From the NCBI GenBank assembly GCA_018817165.1, contig JAHITY010000061.1:1733-65732 (forward strand): a stretch of DNA of 64,000 nucleotides, read 5' to 3'. Under the pieces are notes generated by a model. It was not told where the DNA came from. It saw only the letters and a program-made list of their open reading frames with translations, and did not search any database. A program made the translations under genes and the position numbers. The number at the start of each line of letters is the position of its first letter. Positions within the stretch are counted from its first letter, which is position 1. This DNA comes from Candidatus Omnitrophota bacterium. Lineage in GTDB: Bacteria; Omnitrophota; Gorgyraeia; B26-G9. Positions 29,285-40,320 of this stretch are shown here, in pieces.

Positions 29285-30136
29285 CTAAATTTTTTTAAAA
29301 ACAAATGGCAAATTTTCTAAAAGATCACTTGCCAATAAACTAACTACTGCTTTTTTTTGCACTGCTTGATCAGCTGCTAAACCATGAACATTGACTGCTA
29401 ATTCAGCTGCATTATAAGCACTGGCACCTTGCGCCATAAAACCACCAATAATCCCGGTGAGGACATCTCCGCTACCAGCCTTAGCTAATCCAGGATTTCC
29501 AGTTTTATTAATGAAAACTTTTCCATCCTTATCTGCCACTACAGTCTGATAGCCTTTTAATACAGTTACAATATTATACATAGAAGAAAACTCTTTTGCA
29601 AGCTTTCTTCTATTTTTTTGTATTTTCTCTATATCCAAGCCTAAAACCCTTCCCATTTCTCCTGGGTGAGGCGTTATTACTGATAGAGAAGTTCTATTAT
29701 TCAAAATATCCAAATACCCGACTAAAGCATTAATCGCATCAGCATCAATAACCATTGGCTTATCAATAAACTCGATTAATTTTCTGATTAATTTCTGGGT
29801 TTGGCTATTTTGAGATAATCCGGGACCAATAATAATCACATCAACATTATTCGAAAAATGCTTTATCATATCAAATGATTTAAAACTTAGACTAGCCTGT
29901 GATGTTTCCGGAAGGCTGAGACTCATTACTTCAGTAAGCTTGCACTCAATAATATTATTAAGACTGGACGCAATGCCCACTGTCACGAGCCCGGCTCCAG
30001 ACAATAAAGCAGCTTGAGCAGATAAACATGCCGCACCAGTTAATCCGCGAGAACCAGCTAAAACAAAAACATGCCCGCAATTCCCTTTATGAACCTGTTT
30101 TTTCCTATTCAAAAAAATAGAATTTATTCGCTGCAT
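29285..30136 (-). CDS. nnr: ADP-dependent NAD(P)H-hydrate dehydratase (YjeF C-terminal domain, stand-alone)
   Basis: Carbohydrate kinase-like fold. GAGSGDVLTGII motif. Confidence 0.75.
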   Translation of the reverse strand: MQRINSIFLNRKKQVHKGNCGHVFVLAGSRGLTGAACLSAQAALLSGAGLVTVGIASSLNNIIECKLTEVMSLSLPETSQASLSFKSFDMIKHFSNNVDVIIIGPGLSQNSQTQKLIRKLIEFIDKPMVIDADAINALVGYLDILNNRTSLSVITPHPGEMGRVLGLDIEKIQKNRRKLAKEFSSMYNIVTVLKGYQTVVADKDGKVFINKTGNPGLAKAGSGDVLTGIIGGFMAQGASAYNAAELAVNVHGLAADQAVQKKAVVSLLASDLLENLPFVFKKI

Positions 30137-30138
30137 TA

Positions 30139-30513
30139 TTAACCTATGAGAATTGCCATTGCTTGCGCATAATCACGAGTATGAGACATGCTTATAGTAA
30201 TCGTATTAATATTTTTTTTCTTACGTAATTTTTCCATTTGTCCTTTTAAAACTACATTTGGCCGGCCATGTACATCATTTATAATTTCAACATCCCTCAA
30301 ATTAGCACTTGTAAACCCATTACCAAAACCCTTAAGCACTGCTTCTTTTGCCGCAAAACGCGCAGCAAGATGTTCAAAATAAAATTTTCGCTTCATCGAA
30401 TACTCTATTTCTCTAGGAGTAAAAATACGCCTAAGAAAAGGCTCTTTCCAGCGAGCTACTGCATCCTTTATTCGTTTTGTTTCAATGATATCTGTTCCGC
30501 AACTAATCTGCAT
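30139..30513 (-). CDS. acpS: holo-[acyl-carrier-protein] synthase
   Basis: 124 aa. GTDIIE...FAAKEAV.KA.G pattern. Confidence 0.8.
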   Translation of the reverse strand: MQISCGTDIIETKRIKDAVARWKEPFLRRIFTPREIEYSMKRKFYFEHLAARFAAKEAVLKGFGNGFTSANLRDVEIINDVHGRPNVVLKGQMEKLRKKKNINTITISMSHTRDYAQAMAILIG

Positions 30514-30533
30514 CTTTGTCCTTTGGGGTTAAA

Positions 30534-31256
30534 TTATATTGACTGGATAAGCATTTTCATTGTTCTAACCGCCTCATCCATGCCTTTAAGAATTGCTCGG
30601 GAAACAATAGAATGACCAATATTAAGCTCTTCAATTTCCGGTATCTTTTTTAATAATTTAGCAGTATTTTGATACGTTAATCCATGACCAGCATAGACAT
30701 GTAATTCTATTGACTTAGCAAATTTTGCTGCTTTGAGCAATCTATCCAGCTGTCTCTTAACACTAATTTCTGTTTTTGCATTTGCATAAGTACCGGTATG
30801 CAATTCTACAGCATCAGCATTTACTCTTTTCGCTGCTTTTATCTGCTCGAGATCAGCCTCAACAAATAAGCTTACCCAAATCCCTTTTGATTTTAACTTG
30901 ATTATAACATTTTTGATTTTTTTTTCTTTAGCGATTATATCTAAACCGCCTTCTGTTGTAATTTCCTGTCTTTTTTCCGGAACAAGCGTTGCTTGATCCG
31001 GCTTAATTTGACAGGCGATTTTTACAATCAAAAGGTTTATCGACATTTCCAGATTTAAGCGGGTTTTAACTGTTTTTTTAAGAATCTTAACATCTCTGTC
31101 ATTTATATGCCGTCTATCCTCGCGTAAATGAACAGTTATCCCATCTGCGCCGGCAATTTCAGCAATCAAAGCGGCATCAACCGGATCGGGTTCTATTGTT
31201 TTTCTTGCTTGGCGGATTGTCGCAACATGATCTATATTAACTCCCAGTCTTACCAT
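30534..31256 (-). CDS. pdxJ: pyridoxine 5'-phosphate synthase
   Basis: LGVNIDHVATIRQAR N-terminus. 240 aa. Confidence 0.85.
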   Translation of the reverse strand: MVRLGVNIDHVATIRQARKTIEPDPVDAALIAEIAGADGITVHLREDRRHINDRDVKILKKTVKTRLNLEMSINLLIVKIACQIKPDQATLVPEKRQEITTEGGLDIIAKEKKIKNVIIKLKSKGIWVSLFVEADLEQIKAAKRVNADAVELHTGTYANAKTEISVKRQLDRLLKAAKFAKSIELHVYAGHGLTYQNTAKLLKKIPEIEELNIGHSIVSRAILKGMDEAVRTMKMLIQSI

Positions 31257-31258
31257 GA

Positions 31259-32626
31259 TTAAATTCCTACTTCATTGACAATTGCCCGGCCTATATCATT
31301 AGCAATTTTTTTTATTTCATTTTTATTTTCGGCTTCAACCATTATCCTGGCAAGTAATTCCGTTCCGGAATAACGCATAACCAGTCTGCCCCTCCCATTC
31401 AACTGCTTTTGCGCTTGATCTATTTTCTGCTGAACTACCGGCATCTTCTTAAACGGCTTTCTTTCTTTAACCTTTATATTATGAATTAATTGTGGATATT
31501 TTTTAAGTCCATGACAAAGCATTTTAATAGTTTTTTTTGTTTTCTGCAAAGCCATTAAAATCTGTAGCGCTGTAAGCATCCCATCGCCAGTAGTAGCATG
31601 ATCAAGAAAAATCATATGCCCTGACTGCTCTCCGCCAAAAATTAACTTGTTTTTAATCATCTCTTCTAAAACATATTTATCCCCTACATCAGCACGGATC
31701 AACCTTACCTGCAATTTTTCTAAAAGTTTTTCTAATCCAAAATTGCTCATAGATGTGCCGACAACAGCATTGTTTGACAATTTGTTTTCCGCTAGAAAAT
31801 AGCGCACAACCATCGTCATAATATAATCACCGTCTAACACTCTGGCATTTTCATCACTAAATATAACCCTATCGGCATCTCCGTCAAAAGAAAAAGCAAT
31901 GTCCGCTTTTTTCTTTTTTAAATGCTGTGCAGCAATTTCAGGATGCATTGATCCGCAATGTAGGTTAATATTTTCACCGTCAGGCTCATCGTTTAAAACA
32001 AAAACCTTTGCTCCTAAATCAGAAAATAGCTTTCCCGCGTAACCAGACACCGCGCCGTTAGCGCAATCAACAACAATCTTTTTACCTTTAAGATCTAACC
32101 CTGGACAACATTTCTTCAAATGCTCTACATATGAACTGCCTGCAACTTTTTTTATAACAACTTTCTTATGTTTTATTTTTTGTTTACTATTTAGCTCCTG
32201 AATAATCGGATGCGCTATTTTCTCTATAGCTCGCTCCTGTTTTTCTGAAAGCTTATATCCATTATGCTTAAAAAATTTTATTCCATTATCTGTCCAGGGA
32301 TTGTGCGAAGCAGAAATCATAACCCCCATTTGGACATCCATCGCATTAGTCAAATAAGCAAGCCCCGGAGTAGGAATTACCCCAGCAGAACATACCCCAA
32401 TTCCACAAGAACTAAACCCCTGAGCTAAATATTGTTCTATTTGATCGCAAGAACTACGCGTATCCTTACCGATAACAATCTTTATTTTGCTTACTCCCTT
32501 ATGCGATTTCTGCAGCCATTTACCCAAAGCAATACTAACAGCAAAAATAATATTTTCAGTTAAAGGAAACTCACCAAACTGTCCCCGAATCCCATCAGTG
32601 CCAAATAAATGCTCTTTTTCCATCAT
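31259..32626 (-). CDS. glmM: phosphoglucosamine mutase
   Basis: Active-site SASHNP. FGTDGIRG start. Confidence 0.85.
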   Translation of the reverse strand: MMEKEHLFGTDGIRGQFGEFPLTENIIFAVSIALGKWLQKSHKGVSKIKIVIGKDTRSSCDQIEQYLAQGFSSCGIGVCSAGVIPTPGLAYLTNAMDVQMGVMISASHNPWTDNGIKFFKHNGYKLSEKQERAIEKIAHPIIQELNSKQKIKHKKVVIKKVAGSSYVEHLKKCCPGLDLKGKKIVVDCANGAVSGYAGKLFSDLGAKVFVLNDEPDGENINLHCGSMHPEIAAQHLKKKKADIAFSFDGDADRVIFSDENARVLDGDYIMTMVVRYFLAENKLSNNAVVGTSMSNFGLEKLLEKLQVRLIRADVGDKYVLEEMIKNKLIFGGEQSGHMIFLDHATTGDGMLTALQILMALQKTKKTIKMLCHGLKKYPQLIHNIKVKERKPFKKMPVVQQKIDQAQKQLNGRGRLVMRYSGTELLARIMVEAENKNEIKKIANDIGRAIVNEVGI

Positions 32627-33027
32627 ATGTTTTTATCCTTTATCTCTACCCTAAGCAAAGGTGGAGTGCCTATAACTTCGATATTTTGCGGTAAAATAAA
32701 ATTTACCACAGGAGAATATTCCCGGCCCGAACGCAATCCGCTAATATTTACATATGCCGTAATATCCATACGGGTTAATTTTTCTATTTCCTGCTCCGGG
32801 CCTCTGACCCTTATATCAACCGTACTGCGATCAACTTCTACGGTAAACACATTTCTCCCTAAAAATAAATGCTCGCCCATAAGATTAACTTCAACGCCTT
32901 TTAAGTCTTTATAAGCTTGAGGTCCTCCGCTTAATATGGCATGAATATAAAACCAAACGGCTATAGCTAAAAATAAGCTAAAAATTATCATGCCTAAATT
33001 TTTCTTATTACCCTTACTTAACTTCAT
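32623..33027 (-). CDS. cdaR: short YbbR/CdaR-like c-di-AMP cyclase regulator (single domain)
   Basis: N-terminal TM helix plus one YbbR-like beta domain. It lies between cdaA and glmM, as in the conserved operon. Confidence 0.45.
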   Translation of the reverse strand: MKLSKGNKKNLGMIIFSLFLAIAVWFYIHAILSGGPQAYKDLKGVEVNLMGEHLFLGRNVFTVEVDRSTVDIRVRGPEQEIEKLTRMDITAYVNISGLRSGREYSPVVNFILPQNIEVIGTPPLLRVEIKDKNI

Positions 33028-33823
33028 TGCGCTTGTGTCTCCAATTGTAAAACATTACTTTTTTTTCTTCTTTTTGCTGCATAATATTTTTAAGTGCAAA
33101 ACTAAAATCTTTTCCCTGAAAATCAGTTATTAATTCTCCCTGATTAGCTATCGATATTCTCCCTGTCTCTTCTGATACCATAACAACAAGCGCGTCTGTC
33201 TCCTCGCTTAAACCGATCGCTGCGCGATGCCGGGTACCAATAGATCGATCAAGTTCTTGATTTTGAGAAAGAGGAAAAATACAACCAGCAGCAACCAAGC
33301 GCCCCTCACTAATTATGACTCCTCCATCATGCAATGGTCCCAAAGGAGAAAATATTGTATTTAGCAATTCAGCGCTTATCCCTGAATCTATTCTTACCCC
33401 TGTTTCTGCATATGTTTTTAACCCCACCCCGCGCTCAAATGCCACCAAAGCACCTATCCGCTTCTGCCCCAGGCTAGTTAAAGATTGGCTGATTTTACTT
33501 ATAACCCCCTCTTCTGGTAATGGGAAAAATAAATCAAAATATGTTTGTCCAATCTTACTTAATCCTCTGCGGATTTCAGGCTGAAATATTATTAAAAAAC
33601 CAATAACAGATATGGCAAATAATTTAGTAAGGATCCAATTGATAACCGCAAGATTTAAAATATTTGTAAGCGAAAACAATACGATTAAAACAATAACCCC
33701 GCGAACCAAAGGGACAACTCTTGTTCCTTGAATAAACAACATAAATCTATAAATCAAAAACCAAATTATAGAAATCTCAAGCACCATTTTTAATAGTTCA
33801 AAAAAATTCCAATCTATAACCAT
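33014..33823 (-). CDS. cdaA: diadenylate cyclase CdaA
   Basis: Three N-terminal TM helices and a DAC domain (HDGGVII, RHRAAIG). Confidence 0.8.
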   Translation of the reverse strand: MVIDWNFFELLKMVLEISIIWFLIYRFMLFIQGTRVVPLVRGVIVLIVLFSLTNILNLAVINWILTKLFAISVIGFLIIFQPEIRRGLSKIGQTYFDLFFPLPEEGVISKISQSLTSLGQKRIGALVAFERGVGLKTYAETGVRIDSGISAELLNTIFSPLGPLHDGGVIISEGRLVAAGCIFPLSQNQELDRSIGTRHRAAIGLSEETDALVVMVSEETGRISIANQGELITDFQGKDFSFALKNIMQQKEEKKVMFYNWRHKRNEVK

Positions 33824-33825
33824 AT

Positions 33826-34713
33826 TTAAAGCCCCTGCTTGATTATCGCATCAGTCAAAACTGATACCTGTTTCATTTGCCGCACATTATGCACTCTTAC
33901 TATATTTGCCCCATTCACAATTGATACTGCTATACTTGCCGCAGTGCCAAAATCTCTTTCCGGAATAGACAAATTTAACACATTCCCGATAAAGGATTTT
34001 CTCGATGTCCCGATCAAAACCCCACACCCCAATTTTTTAAAACATGCCAACTTATTAATAATTTTTAAATTATGTTCCGTTGTCTTGCCAAAACCAATTC
34101 CCGGATCCAACATAATGCTTTGTTGTTTAATCCCGCTTTTAATTGCTCTTTGTTTAGCTTGTTTAAAAAAAGTTTTTATTTCTCCTACAATATCTTTATA
34201 CTTTGGGTTGATCTGCATATCTAAAGGCGTTTTATCCATATGCATTAAAATAACACCTGCCTTATGCCCTGCAATAACCTGTGCTAATTTTTCATCTTTC
34301 CGCAAAGCAAAAACATCATTTATAATACTCGCACCAAGCTCTAAACAATATTTTGCAACAATAGAACTGGAAGTATCTATGGAAATCGGCACCTTAAGTT
34401 TTTTTGCAAGGATTTTAACTACATGTCCGATACGTAAAATCTGTTCATCATCTGCCACTTGCTTTGACCCAGGGCGCGTAGACTCCGCCCCAATATCAAT
34501 AATATCCGCGCCTTGTTTGACCATTTCTAAAGCATATTCAATTGCTTTGTCTTGGTCAAAATAATTACCACCATCGCTAAAAGAATCAGGAGTAACATTC
34601 AACACTCCCATAATATATGTACGTTTAGAAAGATCAAGCTTATACTTACCACATTGAAATTTACCGATATTACTGGTTTTTTTCATTTTAGAACTATGCA
34701 TCTTTTTCTGCAT
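33826..34713 (-). CDS. folP: dihydropteroate synthase
   Basis: IMGVLNVTPDSFSDGG pterin-binding signature. Confidence 0.85.
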   Translation of the reverse strand: MQKKMHSSKMKKTSNIGKFQCGKYKLDLSKRTYIMGVLNVTPDSFSDGGNYFDQDKAIEYALEMVKQGADIIDIGAESTRPGSKQVADDEQILRIGHVVKILAKKLKVPISIDTSSSIVAKYCLELGASIINDVFALRKDEKLAQVIAGHKAGVILMHMDKTPLDMQINPKYKDIVGEIKTFFKQAKQRAIKSGIKQQSIMLDPGIGFGKTTEHNLKIINKLACFKKLGCGVLIGTSRKSFIGNVLNLSIPERDFGTAASIAVSIVNGANIVRVHNVRQMKQVSVLTDAIIKQGL

Positions 34714-36727
34714 CTATATTATTTGTTTCTAGATCAGCATCATTTTCTTCTTTTCTTTTTTCCAATTTAGCAGTGTCTTTTTTTTGCGGTTTTAATTGCT
34801 CTGTTGCCAAATCAATAAGATGTGCTTCTTTTTCTGCTGGCAAATCAAGCAGTTTACGAACTTCCTTAGAATCCATAACTTCTTTTTCTAAAAGTGTTTC
34901 CGCTAATTTCTTAAGTTTATCAAAGTTATCAGTAAGCAGCTTCTTTGCCTGCTCATAACACTCATCTATTATTTTGCGAACTTCTTGATCAATTATTACT
35001 GCTGTTTGTTCACTGTAATTCTTTTCATCAAGCATGTCGCGACCTAAAAATATCTGCTGCTGTCTATGCCCAAAAGTAAGATGACCTAAAACCTTGCTCA
35101 TCCCATATTCACAGACCATCCTTCGAGCAATTGCCGTGGCTCGAGAAAGATCATTATGTGCCCCAGTAGTTATTTCTCCAAAAATTAACTCTTCACTAAC
35201 TCGCCCCCCCAAGAAAACAACTAACTCTCCCAGCAATTCGCTTTTTGAAACAAGATACTTATCTTCTGTGGGAAAATTCATAGTATAACCCAAAGCAGTT
35301 GTCCCTCTGGGAATAATTGACACTTTATGCAAAGGATCCACCTTAGGAACAAGCATGGATAAAAGAGCATGTCCCGACTCATGATATGCCACTATCTCTT
35401 TTTCATTTTTATTCATTATCCGCGATTTGCGTTCAGGCCCTGCCATAACTCTTTCTATTGACTCCTGCAATTCTTCCATATTAACATATTCTTTATCTCG
35501 CCTAGCTGCAAGTAACGCAGCTTCATTAACTAAATTAGCAAGATCTGCACCCGTAAAACCAGGAGTTTGCCGCGCTAATGAATTCAAACTTACAGATGGA
35601 TGAAGTTTTATATTGCGGGCATGTACCTTTAATATGGCCTCTCTGCCAATTAAATCCGGCCGATCAATAACAACCTGGCGATCAAATCTCCCCGGTCTAA
35701 GCAGCGCAGGATCCAGAACATCAGGACGATTAGTTGCTGCCATAAGAATAATCCCGGCTTGAGTATTAAATCCATCCATTTCAACCAGCAAGGCATTTAA
35801 AGTCTGCTCCCTCTCATCATGACCACCACCAACACCCGCGAAGCGTTGTCTGCCCACAGCATCGATTTCATCAATAAATATTATGCTACCACGCCCCAAA
35901 ACTTTAGAAGCTTTTTTCGCTTGTTCAAAAAGATCGCGAACTCGGCTTGCTCCCACGCCGACAAACATTTCCACAAAATCAGAACCGCTGATACTTAAAA
36001 AGGGTACCCCCGCCTCACCGGCAACAGCTTTGGCTAAAAGAGTCTTTCCCGTCCCCGGAGGACCCATTAATAAAACACCTTTGGGAATTTTACCACCTAA
36101 ACGCTGAAATTTCTTCGGATCTTTTAAAAATTCAATAATCTCTTGCAATTCTTCTTTGGCTTCATCAACCCCGGCAACGTCATTAAACGTGGTTTTAACA
36201 TGATCCTCTCCGATATGCTGCACCCGGCTTTTCCCAAAGGAAAACAATTTATTGCCTCCACCTTGAGAACCGCGATAAGCAAACCAAATAATCATCCCTA
36301 GAATAAACAGCGGCCACATTAGACTTATCACGTTTAACCAAAACAGATTAGACTCTTTAATCGTAAATCCATCAACATTCAAACGTAATTCCTTGATTAA
36401 ATCTGCGTCATTAAGCGGCACAGAAACCGTAAACTTACTCCCGTCTTGCATTTCTATAGCAGCTAACCCCTCTCCTAGTTCAACCTTAGTGATTTGGGAA
36501 TTTTCCTTATTATCCTTATTATGAGTAACCATATTAAAAAATTCTGAATAAGACACTTTCTTTTGCAATGTCTTTTCAAACTGTTCAGATATTAGCCCCA
36601 TAAAAAACAAAACAATCAGCAAAACAAATAAAGGCGTAAACAAGCGCGTTTGCTTATTTTTAGGAGTTTTCTTCTTTTGATTCAGGTTTTTTTCCTCTTT
36701 TTTATCCGGTAATATATTATTATTCAT
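34694..36727 (-). CDS. ftsH: ATP-dependent zinc metalloprotease FtsH
   Basis: AAA Walker [12 protein letters not shown], and the HESGHAL zinc motif. Start set at MNNNILPD, which has an AGAGGA SD. The track ORF extends to 36901. Confidence 0.9.
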   Translation of the reverse strand: MNNNILPDKKEEKNLNQKKKTPKNKQTRLFTPLFVLLIVLFFMGLISEQFEKTLQKKVSYSEFFNMVTHNKDNKENSQITKVELGEGLAAIEMQDGSKFTVSVPLNDADLIKELRLNVDGFTIKESNLFWLNVISLMWPLFILGMIIWFAYRGSQGGGNKLFSFGKSRVQHIGEDHVKTTFNDVAGVDEAKEELQEIIEFLKDPKKFQRLGGKIPKGVLLMGPPGTGKTLLAKAVAGEAGVPFLSISGSDFVEMFVGVGASRVRDLFEQAKKASKVLGRGSIIFIDEIDAVGRQRFAGVGGGHDEREQTLNALLVEMDGFNTQAGIILMAATNRPDVLDPALLRPGRFDRQVVIDRPDLIGREAILKVHARNIKLHPSVSLNSLARQTPGFTGADLANLVNEAALLAARRDKEYVNMEELQESIERVMAGPERKSRIMNKNEKEIVAYHESGHALLSMLVPKVDPLHKVSIIPRGTTALGYTMNFPTEDKYLVSKSELLGELVVFLGGRVSEELIFGEITTGAHNDLSRATAIARRMVCEYGMSKVLGHLTFGHRQQQIFLGRDMLDEKNYSEQTAVIIDQEVRKIIDECYEQAKKLLTDNFDKLKKLAETLLEKEVMDSKEVRKLLDLPAEKEAHLIDLATEQLKPQKKDTAKLEKRKEENDADLETNNIDAEKDA

Positions 36728-36897
36728 ATCATCCTCTTGGGTTTTTATTGGGATAAGTACATATTTTAAAAACAGGGCGTGAACAAGTATAAATTTTAGC
36801 AAAACCGCATTTAAATAGCAAGCTTTTTCCTCGAAGAAGATTGCTAAATGATTAAAATTAAACAGGCTTTTTCCAATACAAGCAATTAAAAAACTAT

Positions 36898-37512
36898 TCA
36901 AACATTATTTATATATTTTATAATATATTTGCTAAAATAAGCCAGGCTCGCCCCAAAAACAACTAAAATCAGCTGAACAAAAACAAGTAAATAACTTTGA
37001 ATAAGCCGAACACCATAAATAGCTTTTATCATCCTTGCTTCAATATCTAATAATCTGATCATTAGCAATACTGCGATTATGACAAATATTGTTGTTTTTT
37101 CCAAGTTTGGCAAAAATAAATAAATTGAAATTAAAAAAATCCAGATTGGCATAATATAAGCATGACAACAAAAACTGCTTAAAAAATCAGACTGTAGCTT
37201 CTCTTTCCTTATTTTAATACAAACAGTATAAACCCAGTCTAAAAATATACTAATTCCAGCATTTAGCAATATAAAGATAAAAAAAACAAAAAAAACCACT
37301 AATAAAGCTACGGGGAATTGCGGATTAAGCTTGTAGGATGCAAATTGTTCGATTAACTGTAGACCAAAAGCAGTAAAAATACCCGCAAAAAGCAAAAGAG
37401 AAATAATCGGCTCAAAAGCGGATTCTGCTTTTATTGTGTTTTTAAATACTGAATCCGGCGATATGAAAACCAGAAAACCATTAAAAAATCTTGACCGCAT
37501 AATAAGCACCAA
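36898..37512 (-). CDS. hypothetical polytopic membrane protein
   Basis: 5-6 predicted TM helices. No recognisable motif. Confidence 0.4.
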   Translation of the reverse strand: MVLIMRSRFFNGFLVFISPDSVFKNTIKAESAFEPIISLLLFAGIFTAFGLQLIEQFASYKLNPQFPVALLVVFFVFFIFILLNAGISIFLDWVYTVCIKIRKEKLQSDFLSSFCCHAYIMPIWIFLISIYLFLPNLEKTTIFVIIAVLLMIRLLDIEARMIKAIYGVRLIQSYLLVFVQLILVVFGASLAYFSKYIIKYINNV

Positions 37513-37603
37513 TTACTGTAAAATATTAAATAAATACCTATATCTATTTAGCTTATTATATCACAAAACCCTATTTATACATACCCTCAATACAAGCATT
37601 GTT

Positions 37604-38077
37604 TTACTTATTTTTTTGCTGTTTAAAAGACATCACTCCCACAATACATAAAACCAAAAGTAAAAATATAAAACCTCCGTGAGAACTCTTTTTCTCTTCT
37701 TTTTTAGCAATAGTTATTGGCAAAGCTACTAATGGTTGGGCTGTATCAACAATCATTCCTTGCGGAGTAATCCGCTTAAACTGAGGCATTGGCTGATTAG
37801 CTTCAACTTTAATTGATTCAATAAACGCTTGCTTAGAAACAGTTTTATCATCGGACAAAGAACTGCTAATAGGCTGATTTTGAACAGCTTTCAGGTTGTC
37901 AACTGTCTGAGAATCAACTTGTTCGGCTTGGGTTTTACGCTGTTCATCTTTCACCCTTTGCATTTTTATTGATGATTGCACCTGTTGAGGGCTAATATCA
38001 TCGCAAAAAAGGCAATAACCCGGACTAGATAAAAATAAAACCGCAAACAAAATAAGCGCTATGCTTTTTAATTTCAC
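37604..38077 (-). CDS. hypothetical secreted protein with signal peptide and C-terminal TM anchor plus basic tail
   Basis: N-terminal signal sequence. The C-terminal end reads GGFIFLLLVLCIVGVMSFKQQKNK. Confidence 0.4.
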   Translation of the reverse strand: MKLKSIALILFAVLFLSSPGYCLFCDDISPQQVQSSIKMQRVKDEQRKTQAEQVDSQTVDNLKAVQNQPISSSLSDDKTVSKQAFIESIKVEANQPMPQFKRITPQGMIVDTAQPLVALPITIAKKEEKKSSHGGFIFLLLVLCIVGVMSFKQQKNK

Positions 38078-38100
38078 AGCTCACTCCTTCTACATTTTAA

Positions 38101-39756
38101 TTAATTTTTTTTTAAATATTGAACATGCGGCAAAGCCAAGGCTCTGGGCAAAAAGAAATCCTGAGAGCCCCTGTATTTTGCTCGATTATCATAATTCATC
38201 GTAATATCTCCGCTGTAAACAATTGCTTCATCCCGGGAAACAATTGAACCATTCATTGTAAATGATCCGACTTTTCCGGCAAAAGCATGATTTGTATACG
38301 TCACAGCATCTATATTTTTTATTTGATTCGGATCATCGGCAATACTGGTAAAATAAGTATTATCATAAGATGATTCATAAAATTTTCGATTTGAACCATC
38401 AATTTTTGTCCCGCCATCATTAGCCGTATAATCTCCGTTAAAATAAGGGTCCCCTGAAGAATAATACTGAACATAACCAATCCCGCTATCCGTAGAGTCT
38501 ACTCCATAAGCTTTGGTAAACGGCGGTTTTAAATAACCGGCAACATTTGTTCTCCAATCAGCCAGCGTATAATCCCCGACGATAACATTACCCTTTGCCG
38601 CTAAACCGATAAAATCTTTAGTAGCGTTTATACTATCCGTAGCCGCCGGATCAATGTCTGGCTTAGTCCAGGAAGGCTTATTTACATATTCGAGATTTCC
38701 CAGAATATGGGTATTCCGGCCGGAATAAATACTGCCCTGTCCTTTTATTTTGCCTTTTATCAAAACATCGCCGCTAACAACTACCGGACCGCTTATCTCA
38801 ATAGGATTAGCATCAGTACCTATTAAAACAATATTCCCCGCATGATTATTGTTTACCAGCGTTACTCCGCCTTGTTTAATTGTTCCATTATGGGTTACTG
38901 CCAAATCTTTATAATATTGCAAATCACCTAAAAAAGGCATGTCCAACAACTGTTGAGAAGGCAAACGATCACTTAAACCATCATAGCCGTTTTCATATTC
39001 AAATTCCTCAGCAATGCCGTCACCATCAATATCCTGAGGATCAGCCGTGGGATTAGTCGGCCTAGCCGTTAGATCAACGCTGGCGCGATAAGTCGCGATA
39101 TTACTATGAGCGCTTGTCCCGGTAATACTGCCGACTGCTCCCAGTTCAGGATTAATCGAACCATAAATATCACCATTTACTGCTGGATTAAAATTAAAAC
39201 TGAAATTTCCATTACTGCGAATATCGCCTTGACTAGTAATTCCGCTGCCCCAAAACCAGCCATAATTATTCACAAAGTAAGAAAAATCAAAAACCTTGGA
39301 AGGACTCATCGAATAGCGTACAATCGCGGTAATGCTTTTGGTTGTCCCATTAACCTGGGCAGTGCTGAGCAAAGTAATGTCTTTCGGAACAGTGCTGGCC
39401 ATATCAACAGCCGTTACACTCACGGTATACGAGCCTCCTGGCACAGAAGCCAGTGTAGCATTAAGCGGAATACCCGGATACTTATTAGTCGGATCAGTTA
39501 CCAGATCATCAAACCAGGTAAAAGCAGTTGTCACTTGTCCCTGAGTAATATAATAAGCTTCAAATAATTCAAACAGCTCACGCTTGACTTGATCAAGGCC
39601 GGTTTCCGCTAGAACATATGCTTGTAAAACCTCTTTTTCTTTTATAGTTGCCCGATTATTACTAATACTCCGCGACATAAACGCAACAAACAAAACACTT
39701 AAAACCACCATTACCACTAAAAACACCAACATTGCTGAACCCTGTTGCTTTCTCAT
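38101..39756 (-). CDS. type IV pilus minor pilin/assembly protein, PilX-N domain with large C-terminal Gly/Asn/Thr-rich domain
   Basis: N-terminus MRKQQGSAMLVFLVVMVVLSVLFVAFMSRS matches the PilX_N pattern. 551 aa. Confidence 0.55.
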   Translation of the reverse strand: MRKQQGSAMLVFLVVMVVLSVLFVAFMSRSISNNRATIKEKEVLQAYVLAETGLDQVKRELFELFEAYYITQGQVTTAFTWFDDLVTDPTNKYPGIPLNATLASVPGGSYTVSVTAVDMASTVPKDITLLSTAQVNGTTKSITAIVRYSMSPSKVFDFSYFVNNYGWFWGSGITSQGDIRSNGNFSFNFNPAVNGDIYGSINPELGAVGSITGTSAHSNIATYRASVDLTARPTNPTADPQDIDGDGIAEEFEYENGYDGLSDRLPSQQLLDMPFLGDLQYYKDLAVTHNGTIKQGGVTLVNNNHAGNIVLIGTDANPIEISGPVVVSGDVLIKGKIKGQGSIYSGRNTHILGNLEYVNKPSWTKPDIDPAATDSINATKDFIGLAAKGNVIVGDYTLADWRTNVAGYLKPPFTKAYGVDSTDSGIGYVQYYSSGDPYFNGDYTANDGGTKIDGSNRKFYESSYDNTYFTSIADDPNQIKNIDAVTYTNHAFAGKVGSFTMNGSIVSRDEAIVYSGDITMNYDNRAKYRGSQDFFLPRALALPHVQYLKKN

Positions 39757-39771
39757 CGCGCGCCTCCTTTA

Positions 39772-40317
39772 TCATCTATTGCGTAAGCTTACTTGAGAAT
39801 CCAACTGCATCTGCACAGTATCTCCGATAATCGACTGTGTGCTTAAAACTAAAGCTATTTCTATCAAATCAATACTTGGCTGATTAAACCTTAAATCAGT
39901 GATATGCTCTCCTTTTATCACTGTATCCCCGGTAGCTAAATTAGTTCGCACAAATTGCTGACCGTTTATCCCGCCCAAAGAAAACTGGATCTGGTCTGAC
40001 CAAGTCACTACCCCTCCGGAAAATGATGCTGGGGTTTGAAAGATAATCCGATCTTCATTAGGCGCAAAATTAATTATTGTCACCCTGCCCGGAGCAGATT
40101 CCGACAATTCTGTAGTTATCATATTCATAATTTGACGGGTAAAGGAATGAACATCTATTTGTACTTCACTGGTCAGCCAAGCGCGTCTGCCGCTGGATAA
40201 TATGCCAAAAATTGCTAAAACAATCCCTGTAAAAATCGCCGCTACAACCATTAGCTCGACCAAAGTAAAACCATTTTTATTCCTGAATTTTTTCTGATTT
40301 AAATTTCCTATCTGCAT
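39772..40317 (-). CDS. prepilin-type N-terminal cleavage/methylation domain protein (PilW-like minor pilin)
   Basis: GFTLVELMVVAAIF class III signal. Confidence 0.6.
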   Translation of the reverse strand: MQIGNLNQKKFRNKNGFTLVELMVVAAIFTGIVLAIFGILSSGRRAWLTSEVQIDVHSFTRQIMNMITTELSESAPGRVTIINFAPNEDRIIFQTPASFSGGVVTWSDQIQFSLGGINGQQFVRTNLATGDTVIKGEHITDLRFNQPSIDLIEIALVLSTQSIIGDTVQMQLDSQVSLRNR

Positions 40318-40320
40318 GGC

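Noticed and set aside
33839-34564. 241-aa Cys-rich plus-strand ORF
   Set aside because: It is fully antisense to the well-conserved folP. It has no SD and no recognisable motif.
39106-39567. 153-aa plus-strand ORF, with the nested 39332-39544
   Set aside because: Antisense to the PilX-like gene. The composition reflects the Gly/Asn/Thr-rich sense frame.
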